From the NCBI GenBank assembly GCA_964016885.1, contig OZ024766.1:372001-436000 (forward strand): 64,000 nt of DNA, in the 5' to 3' direction. Positions 11,830-23,457 of this stretch are shown in pieces (the first letter of the stretch is position 1; every line of letters starts with the position of its first letter). The stretch comes from Eledone cirrhosa (taxonomy: Eukaryota). A program made the position numbers and the translations under genes. Under the pieces are notes generated by a model. It was not told the origin of the DNA and did not search any database. It worked only from the letters and a program-made list of their open reading frames with translations.

Positions 11830-12258
11830 TGTTAGATGGGTCTTTTAACATCCATGATCGTCTCCTCCATGTTGGCTTCTGTTGTCAAGTTCTCCTAAGC
11901 CCTGACTATAAGGTCGCTAACTACTAAGTTATGTTGGGAGGTGCATTCTTCACTGGGGGTGGGACTTTGTGTTCCTAACAGCCACTCTGTCTCGTCTTCT
12001 AGTAACAATGAAATCAATTTGGTTGGCGAGGTCACATGATCTATATGTAATTAGATCTATATGTGATTAGGTCATATGAGTTGCAGAATTCCAGTAGTTT
12101 GAAGCCTCACTTGTAACCCAATGGGATCCCACATGTCCTTTGAGGTCACCTGCAATGTGAAGAAAGTCGTTGTCGTTTATTTGGAAGTAGTATGCATTAG
12201 GGACTCATAGAACCTGTCTTTTAGTATGTCTGGTAGTCCAGATTGATAAGTGTAAGCA
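11830..12258 (-). mobile_element. RTE-like LINE AP-endonuclease fragment
   Basis: Minus frames give AYQSGLPDILKDRFYESL, IAGDLKGHVG, NQIDFIVTRR, EECTSQHNLVVSDL. Confidence 0.75.
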
Positions 12259-12594
12259 AATATATACATATATATATATCTTTATCATAGTAAAGGGAGA
12301 AAGTCAGATAATAGGGTCCAAAATACCCCCTGGTCGGGTGGTATTTTATCCCTTATTGTCTGCCATAATATGTTGGGTCTTTCATTACTATGATTCATAA
12401 AGAGCTTGATCTCTCTTCCTGGAGCTCCCTGGCTAATAGGGCGTTATTGTGAGTTTCTAACTCTACATTTTAATTATATATATATATGTATGTGTGTTTG
12501 TGTGTGTTTGAAAGGTAAACAGAAACAACAACACAAACGGTAGAGTATATGGAAGGAATATATTAGTTTAACGCTTGAAATAGCAGGAAGAGGG

Positions 12595-12630
12595 TCTTAA
12601 CGTTTCAGAAGCTAGTCCTTCATCAGAAGA
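12595..12630 (-). ncRNA. Minimal type I hammerhead ribozyme motif (Penelope type)
   Basis: UCUU-CUGAUGA-AGGA(CUAGC)UUCU-GAAAC-GUU-AAGA: intact core, 4-bp stems I and II, palindromic stem III (AACGUU). Confidence 0.6.
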
Positions 12631-12739
12631 AAGTATCAGAAATTAGGAAGATTGAGAGGACTTTCAGGGCGGAATCGGGAAAAAAGGTTTTAGAGAAAAA
12701 TAACAAGTCCATTCATGCTGTCAACTCTACTGCCGAATT

Positions 12740-13440
12740 CCTTCTCCACTATTTTAGACAGTAGAGAGTGATTTGACTGCTATTTCTACCATGTTGAACA
12801 AAACGGTAAGAGACTGCCTCGTTGATACGTAATAATTATTTTACTGCGTGGTGTTAGTAATTTTAATATGGGTTGGTTACAATTGAAATAACTGAAGAAA
12901 TGAAATCAGCGACTTTTAACGGACAACACCGGCGTCATCAAGGGGAGAGAAGCAGTCTCTACATCACCACGTACCTTCTCTCTTAATTACTAGTCTTAAT
13001 TAATGGAATTATATACTGTGTTGCAATTATATCATGTTAATATTCTGTAGATAACATAGAGTGAGCTACATGTTCCAGGGTAGGTGTTCCATCTCCTACA
13101 TGATTAAATATTTCATTTCATGAGAAACTACGCTACATCGTGAATTGGTTGCTCCACATTTTACAGACAGTGAGAAATAGGTTTAAATCACCAACATCTG
13201 AACAATTAGCTTTCCTGGTCTTTCTTGACTTTACATTTGGACTTGAAATATAAAGTACGTATTATTTGTATTGTTAACACAGCAGATATTGTGTACTTTT
13301 CTACACTCCGTGGTGAACAATTCGGATTTATTTGGACTACACACGTAGAAATACAATTTTGCACCAGTATATATCTCTACTACACACACTTATATATTCA
13401 TACAGATACATAAGCAATAACGACTTTGTATTTTTGACTC
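12740..13440 (+). promoter_or_regulatory. Diverged conserved upstream block of G2
   Basis: Contains TTCTGTAG|ATAACATAGAGTGAGCTACATGTTCCAGG|GTAGGT and TATAAA|GTACGT; separated from the ATG by ~1.65 kb of unrelated sequence. Confidence 0.7.
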
Positions 13441-14528
13441 CCTGTATTTGTTTTGTTTCATTTATTAACTATATATATATATATATATATATCAGCAATG
13501 TCCCAGATCTAATTCGGTTTACGAGAGGGTTGGAACTCGTCAAATATATATATATATATAACAAACACAGCTGAAGTAAATCGGGTTGAATATCCTCTTT
13601 TTTTCTTTCCTTTATTATTATTGTTCAATTAATTAAATAATTATTTGTAAATATTTGTAATGTCCTTCTGAACGAATTGCTGTCCCTAATCGAACTCACA
13701 ACCTCATGATTATATGGTTATTTTGTTGTATGTAAAGTATCTTCGGTCTGTTATCTTGGTGTCACATTTTATAACTACGGTGTTTAACAATGGACTAAAC
13801 GTTTGTTTTAAACTTTCGATCCCTCAAGTGCTCTGTGATTGCCTCAAAAGAAATTGAATCGTACATGGTGTATTGCAGTTCGATTTACATATATATATAT
13901 ATAGAGAGAGAGATAGATTGTTTTCGTAAAAACAGGAGCAAGCTCTTAACAATCACAGTTTATAGTTACGATGGAGATTTTTATAAAAATAACAAAATAA
14001 GATTCTGAGGTGACATAAGTCGTTTAATCATTATAATTATTTCCACGGCGCAACGTTATATCTATGTATCTATCTGAAAAGAAAGACTAAGAATTATAGA
14101 GAGAGATCGCTAAATCGTCTAATGCGGTCCCTAGAGCATTGAAAATTTGAATTTATTTTGCTCAAAACACTCACAGGATCATAAGTATTACATGTGTAAA
14201 GTTTGAAAATAATTTGTAATGTTATTTAATTATATATTTTTGTCCCCAGAAATCTCTTAATATATATTTTTTATTCCTTATAGACGGAAAAGTAACCAAC
14301 TGTCTCTACAGATAATGGAACTGTGTAGCTCTGAAATGTCGTCCTAACCCTCTCCATCATTAAACTAAACAACAATTGCTGTCCTAAATAACGTGAAATA
14401 TCAGCTTTTCAATATAACAGCATTTTGTAATAAACGCTGAAGCTTCCTTTCTCTACACACACATCCACCCTACAAAAAAACTGGAAGCTGATACCTGAAT
14501 TTTATTTCCCAGATATATATAAATATAT

Positions 14529-14700
14529 ATACAGTGTACCCCTGACATTTGCGGAATTTTCATAAGAACCTAACTAATAATTGTTTGTGGAATCCACTGC
14601 ATATTCGCAGGATCGTAAATAACTAACGCAATATTGTTTTTTTTCGTGGCAATGTATGTTTTTAACGCTAAATTATTAATAGCAATAGATGGCAAAGTTG
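14529..14700 (+). mobile_element. Possible Tc1/pogo (Tigger-like) terminal fragment
   Basis: TA-CAGTGTACCCCTGACATTTGCGG start resembles pogo TIRs; no partner TIR found. Confidence 0.3.
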
Positions 14701-15101
14701 TTATTTCCTTATAGTACCATTTCATAGTTTGTAAATCGTAAGAAATATTCATCTATGTAATTATCATCTAACAATTCTGATACAACTATAGGAGATGCCA
14801 CATATAAGTTACAATAGAGTGTAGAGTAAAAAATATATATCTGCCAGGATCTGAGATTTAAGCCAGAATGGTGTGAGAATGTTTTAACTGTGGTGGCAGA
14901 TATAAATAGGACTGGACGTCGTGTCTGCTAGAAATAGGTGTGAAGTACTAGTCTCAGTAGAAACAGCTCAACTAATTAAGAAGTTAGAGTAGTTATAAAT
15001 TAGTGTATATATATATAAAGAGCGGGAGAAATTTTGTTAACATTGCATATCTCTGATACTGTCATATCTTCTGAACTTGTGAGAACTCTTCAAGAATTAC
15101 T

Positions 15102-16823
15102 ATGGAGGATGTTAAACCCTTGGACATTTTTAACACACCTGTTTCTACTGACATAGATACAGTTATACAGACATACAGTCGAGGTAAACCTTTACCTAGT
15201 GAAACATGTACTGAACAAGGATCATTACACAGAAATATTCCTGAATATAGCTGTGAGGTTTGTAGAAAAACTTTCTCATCAGAAGATGAATTATCTACAC
15301 ACAAACACATACACACTAAAGACAAACACTTCCCCTGTGAAATATATGAGGAATCTTTCACTTCAAAAACTTCTCTTATTAGCCACATAGATAGTCACCC
15401 TGAGGAAAAATCTCCTGACAGTAGCAGTAGTTTATCAAAAGACAAAAATATATGCACAGGAGAGAAGCAATATCGCTGTGAAATATGTGGGAAATCTTTT
15501 TTCAAAAGCTCTAATCTAACTCTACACAAAAGAACACACACTGGAAAAAAACCCTGTCATTGTGAAATATGTGGGAAATGTTTTGTCTCTAGCAGTAATT
15601 TAAAAACACACAAAAGTACACACACCAGAGAAAAACCCTTCAGTTGTGAAATATGTGGGAAGTCTTTTACTCAGAAGGGCCCTCTGGCTAAACACATGGT
15701 TATTCATACAGGAGAAAAACCCTATCACTGTCAAATATGTGGGAAATCTTTTGTGGAAAACAGTAGGTTAACTATACATAAAAGAACACACACTGGAGAA
15801 AAACCCTTTCACTGTGAAATATGTGGGAAATCTTTTGTGGAAAACAGCAAATTAACTATACATAAAAGAACACACGCTGGACAGAAACCTTTTCACTGTG
15901 AAATATGTGGGAAATCTTTTGTTACAAATGGTACATTAACTACTCACAAAAGATCACATACCGGAGAAAAACCCTATCATTGTGAAATATGTGGGAAATC
16001 TTTTGACTCTAGTTGTCATTTAAAAATACACAAAAGAACACACACGGGAGAAAAACCTTATCATTGCGAAATATGTGGCAAATGTTTCAATAGAAAGACT
16101 GATTTGAATGTCCATATAAGAACACATACTGGAGAGAAACCTTATCACTGTCAAATATGTGGGAAATCTTTTGTTGTAAGTTCGAAACTTAGTAATCATA
16201 TACTTACTCACACAGGTAAAAAAAAATCATTCCATTGTGAAATATGTGGAAAGTCATTTACGGAGAAGTGCCATCTTGTTAATCACATGGGTATTCACAC
16301 TGGAGAAAAACCCTATCACTGTGAAATATGTGGGAAATCTTTTGTGGAAAACAGTAGCTTAACTGTTCATAAAAGAACACACACTGGAGAGAAACCCTAT
16401 CACTGTGAAATATGTGGAAAATCTTTTGCCTACAACACTGACATAAAGAGACATAAACAAAGACACACTGGAGAGAAACCTTTTCACTGCGAAATATGTG
16501 GCAAATCTTTTGTCTGCAGCTCTGACTTAAATAGACATAGACAAACACACACAGGAGAGAAACCCTATCACTGTGAAATATGTGGGAAGTCTTTTGCTTG
16601 CAGCATTTACTTAAATAGTCATATACGTCGTCACACTGGAGAGAAACCCTTCCATTGTGAAATATGTGGGAAGTCCTATACTCAGAATTCTGGTCTTGTT
16701 AACCACATACGTACTCATACTGGAGAGAAACCTTTCCAGTGTGAAACATGTGGGATGTCTTTTATGACTTGCACTTACTTAAATAGACACAAACACACAC
16801 ACACTGGTGATAAGACTATTTAA
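15102..16823 (+). CDS. G2: C2H2 zinc-finger protein, 17 intact fingers plus degenerate ones, 573 aa (divergent subfamily)
   Basis: Intact ORF with the shared leader; finger set differs from the other full-length genes. Confidence 0.95.
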   Translation: MEDVKPLDIFNTPVSTDIDTVIQTYSRGKPLPSETCTEQGSLHRNIPEYSCEVCRKTFSSEDELSTHKHIHTKDKHFPCEIYEESFTSKTSLISHIDSHPEEKSPDSSSSLSKDKNICTGEKQYRCEICGKSFFKSSNLTLHKRTHTGKKPCHCEICGKCFVSSSNLKTHKSTHTREKPFSCEICGKSFTQKGPLAKHMVIHTGEKPYHCQICGKSFVENSRLTIHKRTHTGEKPFHCEICGKSFVENSKLTIHKRTHAGQKPFHCEICGKSFVTNGTLTTHKRSHTGEKPYHCEICGKSFDSSCHLKIHKRTHTGEKPYHCEICGKCFNRKTDLNVHIRTHTGEKPYHCQICGKSFVVSSKLSNHILTHTGKKKSFHCEICGKSFTEKCHLVNHMGIHTGEKPYHCEICGKSFVENSSLTVHKRTHTGEKPYHCEICGKSFAYNTDIKRHKQRHTGEKPFHCEICGKSFVCSSDLNRHRQTHTGEKPYHCEICGKSFACSIYLNSHIRRHTGEKPFHCEICGKSYTQNSGLVNHIRTHTGEKPFQCETCGMSFMTCTYLNRHKHTHTGDKTI

Positions 16824-17049
16824 CTGTGAACCCTGAGATAACCTTCCTTTTACCAGTCTAAACTTATTGTCAATCAAACTCAAAAATGTGACCTTAATTC
16901 TACAGATTCTTTTTTAATAAAATAACTTCAGTGAAATTAAGAGACCCCTCAATCACATGAGGTAATGTTGTGGGTTTCTTGTCTCGGGAATTTAGTGTGT
17001 AATTGAGGGACCCACTACCACCTCAGGTAATGCTGTGAGTGTCTTGTCT

Positions 17050-18499
17050 CGGGAATTTATCACCAATTACAGACCTTCCCTTCGAGTCAAGCTTCCAATT
17101 GAAGATGGTTCACCGTGGGCAATTGTTGAAGAATATTGAGGCAATCGAACCCCATCAAGTTTTTTTCATACCCAGAAACTACCTTTCGATTCCTAAGCTT
17201 CTGTATATGCTCAGGGTCAGCCCTTCTCACACATTTTCGTCATGCCACCAACGCTTCGATGACCGGACCTTCGAGGGACTTGAGTGTTTGGGCAATGTCA
17301 GACTCTCTCCAGAGGTTCTGTGATCAGGCTGCGTTGCCCAAGTGATTTGGGATTCTTGGCCTTCGGAAATATTCATCCCTTTCTCTCCCTTGCTTCCTCT
17401 CCGCTGCCCTTGTGAGCAACATCCCCTCCTCACCAACATAGACTAGTTCCAACAGGGAGTTAGATGAAGCTCTTCTATAATGGAGTGAGTGTGGGCTTCT
17501 CTGTTACTGACAAGTTAGAGGAGAGATGGAGTCGTTGAGCATGGGGCAGCATAAGTTCGAGGGCCAACTTTGACTCTCTCTTCGACTAGTCAGATTAGTT
17601 TTCAAGGTGTTGCCTACTGTCTGCCAGCGCCAAATACTCAGGTGACTGGGTTGATGCGTTACCCAGCTTCAGAGTGGGATTTACGTAAAATCTAAACAAG
17701 CTATAGCTTAGGGCCCCGAATGTCGCTGACGTAGGACATCTGGACATATAAAGGGCCCCATTATCTCAAATAGCTTAGGGCCTCATCAAATCTAAATCCG
17801 GCCCTGCTCAGCTTGGACAAGCTTCGTGTCCCCATTGCTCTGAGAGTGGGAGCCGACGTCTGTATGGGTCTGCGGTGTTGATGTGGAAAACACTTGGACC
17901 CCACAGGCCTCCGGCTCCTTCAAGCGTCACATGGAGTCACAAGAGAGCTTTGACTCGGACAAACATCTCCTCAATTTAAAAACCATTTGGGTTGTCCAGA
18001 ATTAATGGGGAAAGACCTGACGGTCTTACCCTGTGCACTTGGTCAAGAGGCAGGTGCCTTATCTGGGACGTCACGGTTAGTGACTCTTTTGCTTCTTCCC
18101 TCATCCTGGATGTAGTGGTAAGGGTGAGAGCTACAGCATCTGCAGCCGAACAGAACAAAATCCTAAAACACCGTGATCTATTGGCTAACTATATGTTCCA
18201 GCCTGTGGCGTCGAGAAGTTTGGGGAAGTCGGACTACTGACTGAGATTCTTATCTTCACTGATGACTCGCCTAATAGAGGTAACTGGTGATGCTCGTGAG
18301 GGAGCTTGGTTCTGGGACATCAGCCAAGCCATCACCTGAGGTAATATTGAGAGCGTGCTGGCTTGCCTAAAAAATTATTTGAGAAGTTTCCCAGTGATCC
18401 TTGAAACACTTATCTCCTTTTCCTTCTGTAAGCATTATATTATTTTTTTTTTTAATACTACTGTGAATAAAAGTTTTTATATATTAAAATTAAAAAAAA
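17050..18499 (+). mobile_element. Decayed CRE-like non-LTR retrotransposon 3' part (restriction-like endonuclease)
   Basis: RPDGLTLCTWSRGRCLIWDVTVSD...AAEQNK...YMFQPVA (PD..D RLE motif); AATAAA and an A-tract at the 3' end. Confidence 0.75.
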
Positions 18500-18502
18500 G
18501 GA

Positions 18503-19058
18503 ATCTTTGTTATTAATAAAATATGTAATGATATCTTGTAAGTAGTTTTAATACATCAAACACCCATCTAAATCTCTGTTATTAACACCATATGTAATGA
18601 TATCATCTTGTAAGTAGTTTTAATACATCAAACACCCATCTAAATCTCTGTTAATAACGCCATATGTAATGATATCTTGTAAGTAGTTTTAATACATCAA
18701 ACACCCATCTAAATCTCTGTTATTAACACCATATGTAATGATATCATCTTGTAAGTAGTTTTAATACATCAAACACCCATCTAAATCTCTGTTAATAACG
18801 CCATATGTAATGATATCTTGTAAGTAGTTTTAATACATCAAACACCCATCTAAATCTCTGTTATTAACACCATATGTAATGATATCATCTTGTAAGTAGT
18901 TTTAATACATCAAACACCCATCTAAATCTCTGTTAATAACACCATATGTAATGATATCATCTTGTAAGTAGTTTTAATACATCTAACACCCATCTAAATC
19001 TCTGTTATTAACACCATATGGAATGATATCTTGTAAGAAGTTTTAATAAATGTAACAC
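18503..19058. repeat. 72-bp minisatellite (alternating 69/72-bp units), ~7.5 copies
   Basis: Reverse complement of the unit at 1-826. Confidence 0.95.
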
Positions 19059-20184
19059 AAACACTTTGTTGGTGTTTAAAATGTTATCGAAACTTGTTAT
19101 TTAGACTGAAATATTAGAATATTTAACAATCTCCAGGTTATAGGACGATCAACTTTGATGGTATAGCTTACTAAATAACGAGAAAATTTAGAATTAAAAT
19201 TTTGTCACATAGAAAAAGAAAGAAATCAATTCAGTATCGAACAAAATAGTATATTGATTACAGTCAGGGAAGACGACACCGTCTTGGCTTAATTTAATTC
19301 CCAGATATGTATTCATTGGTGTTCCAGCCGTGACTATCACGTAGATATATATATATATACACATATACACACATTCACTGCCGAATACGTTCTTCCGCTA
19401 TTTTAAGATAATAGAATGTGATTTAGCTGCTATATCTACCAAACCAAGAGACTCCCTCGATAATACGTAATAATTATGTTACTGTGTGATGTTCGTTGTT
19501 TTACCAGGGGTTGGATACAATTGATGGAGTTAATTGATATAACTGAAGGCCTTTCTGAATATATTAAATTATGTCAGGGACTTTTAACGTCTGACACCGT
19601 TGTTATTCAGGAGAGCGAAACATTGTCAACGACACCACGTACCTGCTATCTTAATTATAACTTTAGTTAATCTAATTATATTTTATGTAGCAATTATCTC
19701 ATGTTAAAGTGAAAGTTAATATTTTGTAGATAACATAGAGTGAGCTACATGTTCCAGGGTAGGTGTTCCATCTCCTACATGATTAAATATTTCATTTCAT
19801 GAGAAACTACGCTACATCGTGAATTGGTTGTTCCACATTTTACAGGACAGTGAGAAATAGGTTTAAATCACCAACATCTGAACAATTAGCTTTCCTGGTC
19901 TTTCTTGACTTTACACTTGGACTTGAAATATAAAGTACGTATTATGTGTATTGTTACCACAGCAGATATTGTGTACTTTTCTACACTCCTGATTTACAAC
20001 AATACAGTTGGAGAGGACTCACTTAGCTACAAGAATTCTAGATATATATGTAGAAAATATATGTACATTGTATATTTCCCACACATGTAAACATAGTCCC
20101 ATGATATCTAAGACAAGAAACTGAACTGTAATATATTATAATCACAGATATTTCTCAACTGTTAAGAATTCTTCAAGAATTACT
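19059..20184 (+). promoter_or_regulatory. Conserved upstream block of G3 with predicted non-coding exons 19730-19758 and 19846-19934 and acceptor at 20147
   Basis: TTTTGTAG|...CCAGG|GTAGGT, TTTTACAG|...TAAA|GTACGT and ATCACAG| are conserved across paralogues. Confidence 0.6.
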
Positions 20185-21606
20185 ATGGAGGACGTTAAAC
20201 CCTTGGACATTTCTACCACACCTGTTTCTACCGATATAGATACAGTTACACAGACATACAGTGGTGAGAAACCTTTACCTAGTGAAACATGTACTGAACA
20301 AGGATCATTACACGGAAATATTCCTGAATATAGTTGTGGGGTTTGTGAGAAAACTTTCACATCAGAAAATAAATTATCCACACACAAACACAAACGTACT
20401 AAAAACAAACCCCTCCACTGTGAAACATGTGGGAAATCTTTTACTCATAATCAACAACTTGTCATCCACATACGTAGTCACACTGGAGAGAAACCGTTCC
20501 ATTGTGAGATATGTGGGAAGTCATTCTCTTCTCAGTCAAACCTGCTCACTCACAAACGTAGTCACACTGGAGAGAAACCGTTTCAGTGTGATATATGTGA
20601 GAAAGCTTTCACTTCTAAATATCATCTTGTCAATCACATACGTACTCACACAGGAGATAAACGGTTTCGCTGTGAGATATGTGAGAAATGTTTTGTGAAA
20701 AACTGCGATTTAACTAAACACACAAGAACACACACTGGGGAAAAACCTTTTCCTTGTGATATTTGTGGGAAATATTTTGCTGTGAAAGCTGATTTAAAGA
20801 AACATAAAAGAACACACACTGGAGAAAAGCCATATCCATGTGAAATATGTCAAAAATCGTTTATCGACAGTAGTTCTTTAACAAAACATAAAAGAATACA
20901 TACTGGAGATAAACCTTTTCATTGTGATAGATGTGGGAAATCTTTCAATTCAAATTTTAATCTTGTTAGCCATATACGTGTTCACACTGGAGAAAAACCT
21001 TTCTACTGTGAAATATGTGGGAAATCATTCGCCCAGAATTTTGGTCTTCTCAGTCACAAACGTAGACATACTGGAGAAAAACCCTTCCAATGTGAGATAT
21101 GTGGGGAATCTTTCACTGAAAAGGTTCGGCTTACAATACACAACCAATTACACACTGGAGAAAACCCATTCCAGTGCGATATTTGTGGGAAATCTTGTCT
21201 TGGAAACCACAAATTAACTGTACATAGAAGAACACACACCGGAGAGAAACCTTTCAGTTGTAAAATTTGTGGGAAATCTTTCATCTGTAACACAAGTTTA
21301 TCTATACATTTACAAACTCACACTGGAGAAAAACCCTTCCATTGTGAGATATGTGGGAAGTCGTTCTCTTCTCAGTCAAGTCTGCTCACTCACAAACGAA
21401 GTCACAGTGGAGAAAAACCGTTTCATTGTGAAATATGTAAGAAATCTTTCACTTGGAAATCTCAACTTGTTCTTCACATACGTTCTCACACTGGAGAGAA
21501 ACCATTTCAATGTGAGGTATGTGGGGAATGTTTTGTGAAAAACAACGATTTAACTAAACACACGAGAACACACGCTGGGCAAACACCCTTCCATTGTGAG
21601 ATATGA
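20185..21606 (+). CDS. G3: C2H2 zinc-finger protein, ~15 fingers, 473 aa
   Basis: Intact ORF ending mid-finger (CEI*). Confidence 0.93.
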   Translation: MEDVKPLDISTTPVSTDIDTVTQTYSGEKPLPSETCTEQGSLHGNIPEYSCGVCEKTFTSENKLSTHKHKRTKNKPLHCETCGKSFTHNQQLVIHIRSHTGEKPFHCEICGKSFSSQSNLLTHKRSHTGEKPFQCDICEKAFTSKYHLVNHIRTHTGDKRFRCEICEKCFVKNCDLTKHTRTHTGEKPFPCDICGKYFAVKADLKKHKRTHTGEKPYPCEICQKSFIDSSSLTKHKRIHTGDKPFHCDRCGKSFNSNFNLVSHIRVHTGEKPFYCEICGKSFAQNFGLLSHKRRHTGEKPFQCEICGESFTEKVRLTIHNQLHTGENPFQCDICGKSCLGNHKLTVHRRTHTGEKPFSCKICGKSFICNTSLSIHLQTHTGEKPFHCEICGKSFSSQSSLLTHKRSHSGEKPFHCEICKKSFTWKSQLVLHIRSHTGEKPFQCEVCGECFVKNNDLTKHTRTHAGQTPFHCEI

Positions 21607-22034
21607 AAGCTGGTGATCGATATATACGTACTAAAGACAGACCCTTCCACTGTGAAATAAGTAGAAAATCTTCTGACAGTAGAAGTCGGTTATCAAGAGA
21701 CAAAAAAAAAATAATAAAAATAAACGCTGGGCAGAAACCATATCATTGTGAATTATGTGGGATATTTTTCACTGAAAAATCTCATCTTGTCTTCCACATA
21801 CGCTGTCAGACAGCTGAGAAACAGTTTCAATGTGAAATTTGTAGGAAATCTTTCATTTGTAAATCTCTTCCTGTCATTCATATACGTACACCCACAGGAG
21901 AAAATCTCTTTCCCTGTGAAATTTGTGGGAAATCTTTTAGTATCAAATCTCATCTTGTTTACTTACGGAGACACAATGAAGGAAAACCCTTCCACTATGA
22001 AATATATGGGAAATCTTTTTGGATTTCAGGTTAA
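21603..22034 (+). pseudogene. Degenerate ZNF tail downstream of G3 (143-codon open frame)
   Basis: Finger-like repeats with lost Cys/His ligands; ATG overlaps the G3 stop (ATGA). Confidence 0.7.
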
Positions 22035-22147
22035 CTCTAAAATTGTCCCATGTCTTAACTTTGTAAACCTTTACTGTCACTGCTGTTAATAATAAAGTTA
22101 TAGTTCAGCAATTTGTAAATACTGTGGCTCGAAATGTTTGATATTTT

Positions 22148-22292
22148 CCCATCTAGATCTCTGGTATTAACAATCTATGTAATGATAGCACTTTGTTAGT
22201 AGTTTTAATACATCTAACACCCATCTAAACCACTGTTATTAACACCATATGTAATGATATCATCTTGTAAGTAGTTTTAATAAATGTAACGC
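22148..22292. repeat. 72-bp minisatellite, ~2 copies
   Basis: Same unit. Confidence 0.85.
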
Positions 22293-22610
22293 AAACACTT
22301 TGTTGGTATTTAAAATTTTATCGAAGCTTGTTATTTAGACTGAAATATTAGAATATTTAACAATCTCCAGGTTATAGGACGATCAACTTTGATGGTATAG
22401 CTTACTAAATAACGAGAAAATTTAGAATTAAAATTTAGTCACAGAGAAAAAGAAAGAAAATCAATTCAGTATCGAACAAAATAATATATTGATTAGTCAG
22501 GGGAGACAACAATATCTTGGCTTAATTTAATTCCCAGATATGTATTCATTGATGTTCCAGCCGTGCCTATCACGTTGGTGTATATATATATATAATATAT
22601 TATATATATC

Positions 22611-22646
<36 letters not shown>

Positions 22647-23457
22647 TATATTCACTGCCGAATACGTTCTTCCGCTATTTTAAGACAATAGAATGTGATT
22701 TAGCTGCTATATCTACCAAACCAAGAGACTCCCTCGATGATACGTAATAATTATTTTACTGGGTGATGTTCGTTGTATTACCAGGGGTTGGATACAATTG
22801 ATGGAATCAATTGATATAACTGAAGGTCTGAATATATTAAACTATGTCAGGGACGTTTAACGTATGACACCGGTGTTATTCGGGAGAGCGAAACATTACC
22901 AACGATACCACGTACCTGCTATCTTAATTATAACATTAATTTATCTAATTATATTTTATGTAGAAATTATCTCATGTTAAGGTGAAAGTTAATATTCTGT
23001 AGATAACATAGAGTAAGCTACATGTTCCATCACCTACATGATTAAATATTTCATTTCATGAGAAACTACGCTACATCGTGAATTGGTTGTTCCACAATTT
23101 ACAGGACAGAGAGAAATAGGTTTAAATCACCAACATCTGAACTATTAGCTTTCCTGGTCTTTCTTGACTTTACACTTGGACTTGAAATATAAAGTACGTA
23201 TTATTTGTATTGTTAACACAGCAGATATTGTGTACTTTTCTACACTCCGTGGTGAACAATCCTGACACTACATATATACCACTTGGAGAGCACTCACTTT
23301 GCTACGAGAATTCTAGGGATATGTAGAAAGTATATCTATGTTGTATATTTTCCACACATGTAAACATAGTCCCATGATATCTAAGACAAGAAACTGAACT
23401 GTAATATATTATAATCACAGATATTTCTCAACTGTTAAGAATTCTTCAAGAATTACT

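Noticed and set aside
18503-19058. 72-bp satellite as a decayed zinc-finger repeat
   Set aside because: Period is 72 rather than 84 bp, with no recoverable Cys/His spacing; resemblance is limited to AT-rich words
20148-20184. In-frame extension upstream of the MEDVK ATG
   Set aside because: G5 and G9 have an 11-bp deletion there, so the frame is not conserved
20261-20698. Recurrent alternative-frame and antisense ORFs over the ZNF genes (MVRNLYLVKH..., MKYVGNL...)
   Set aside because: Shadow frames of the repetitive finger codons; their recurrence reflects paralogy only
21604-21606. A-to-I editing of TGA to TGG restoring the ZNF tail
   Set aside because: Read-through would be out of frame with the downstream finger-like sequence
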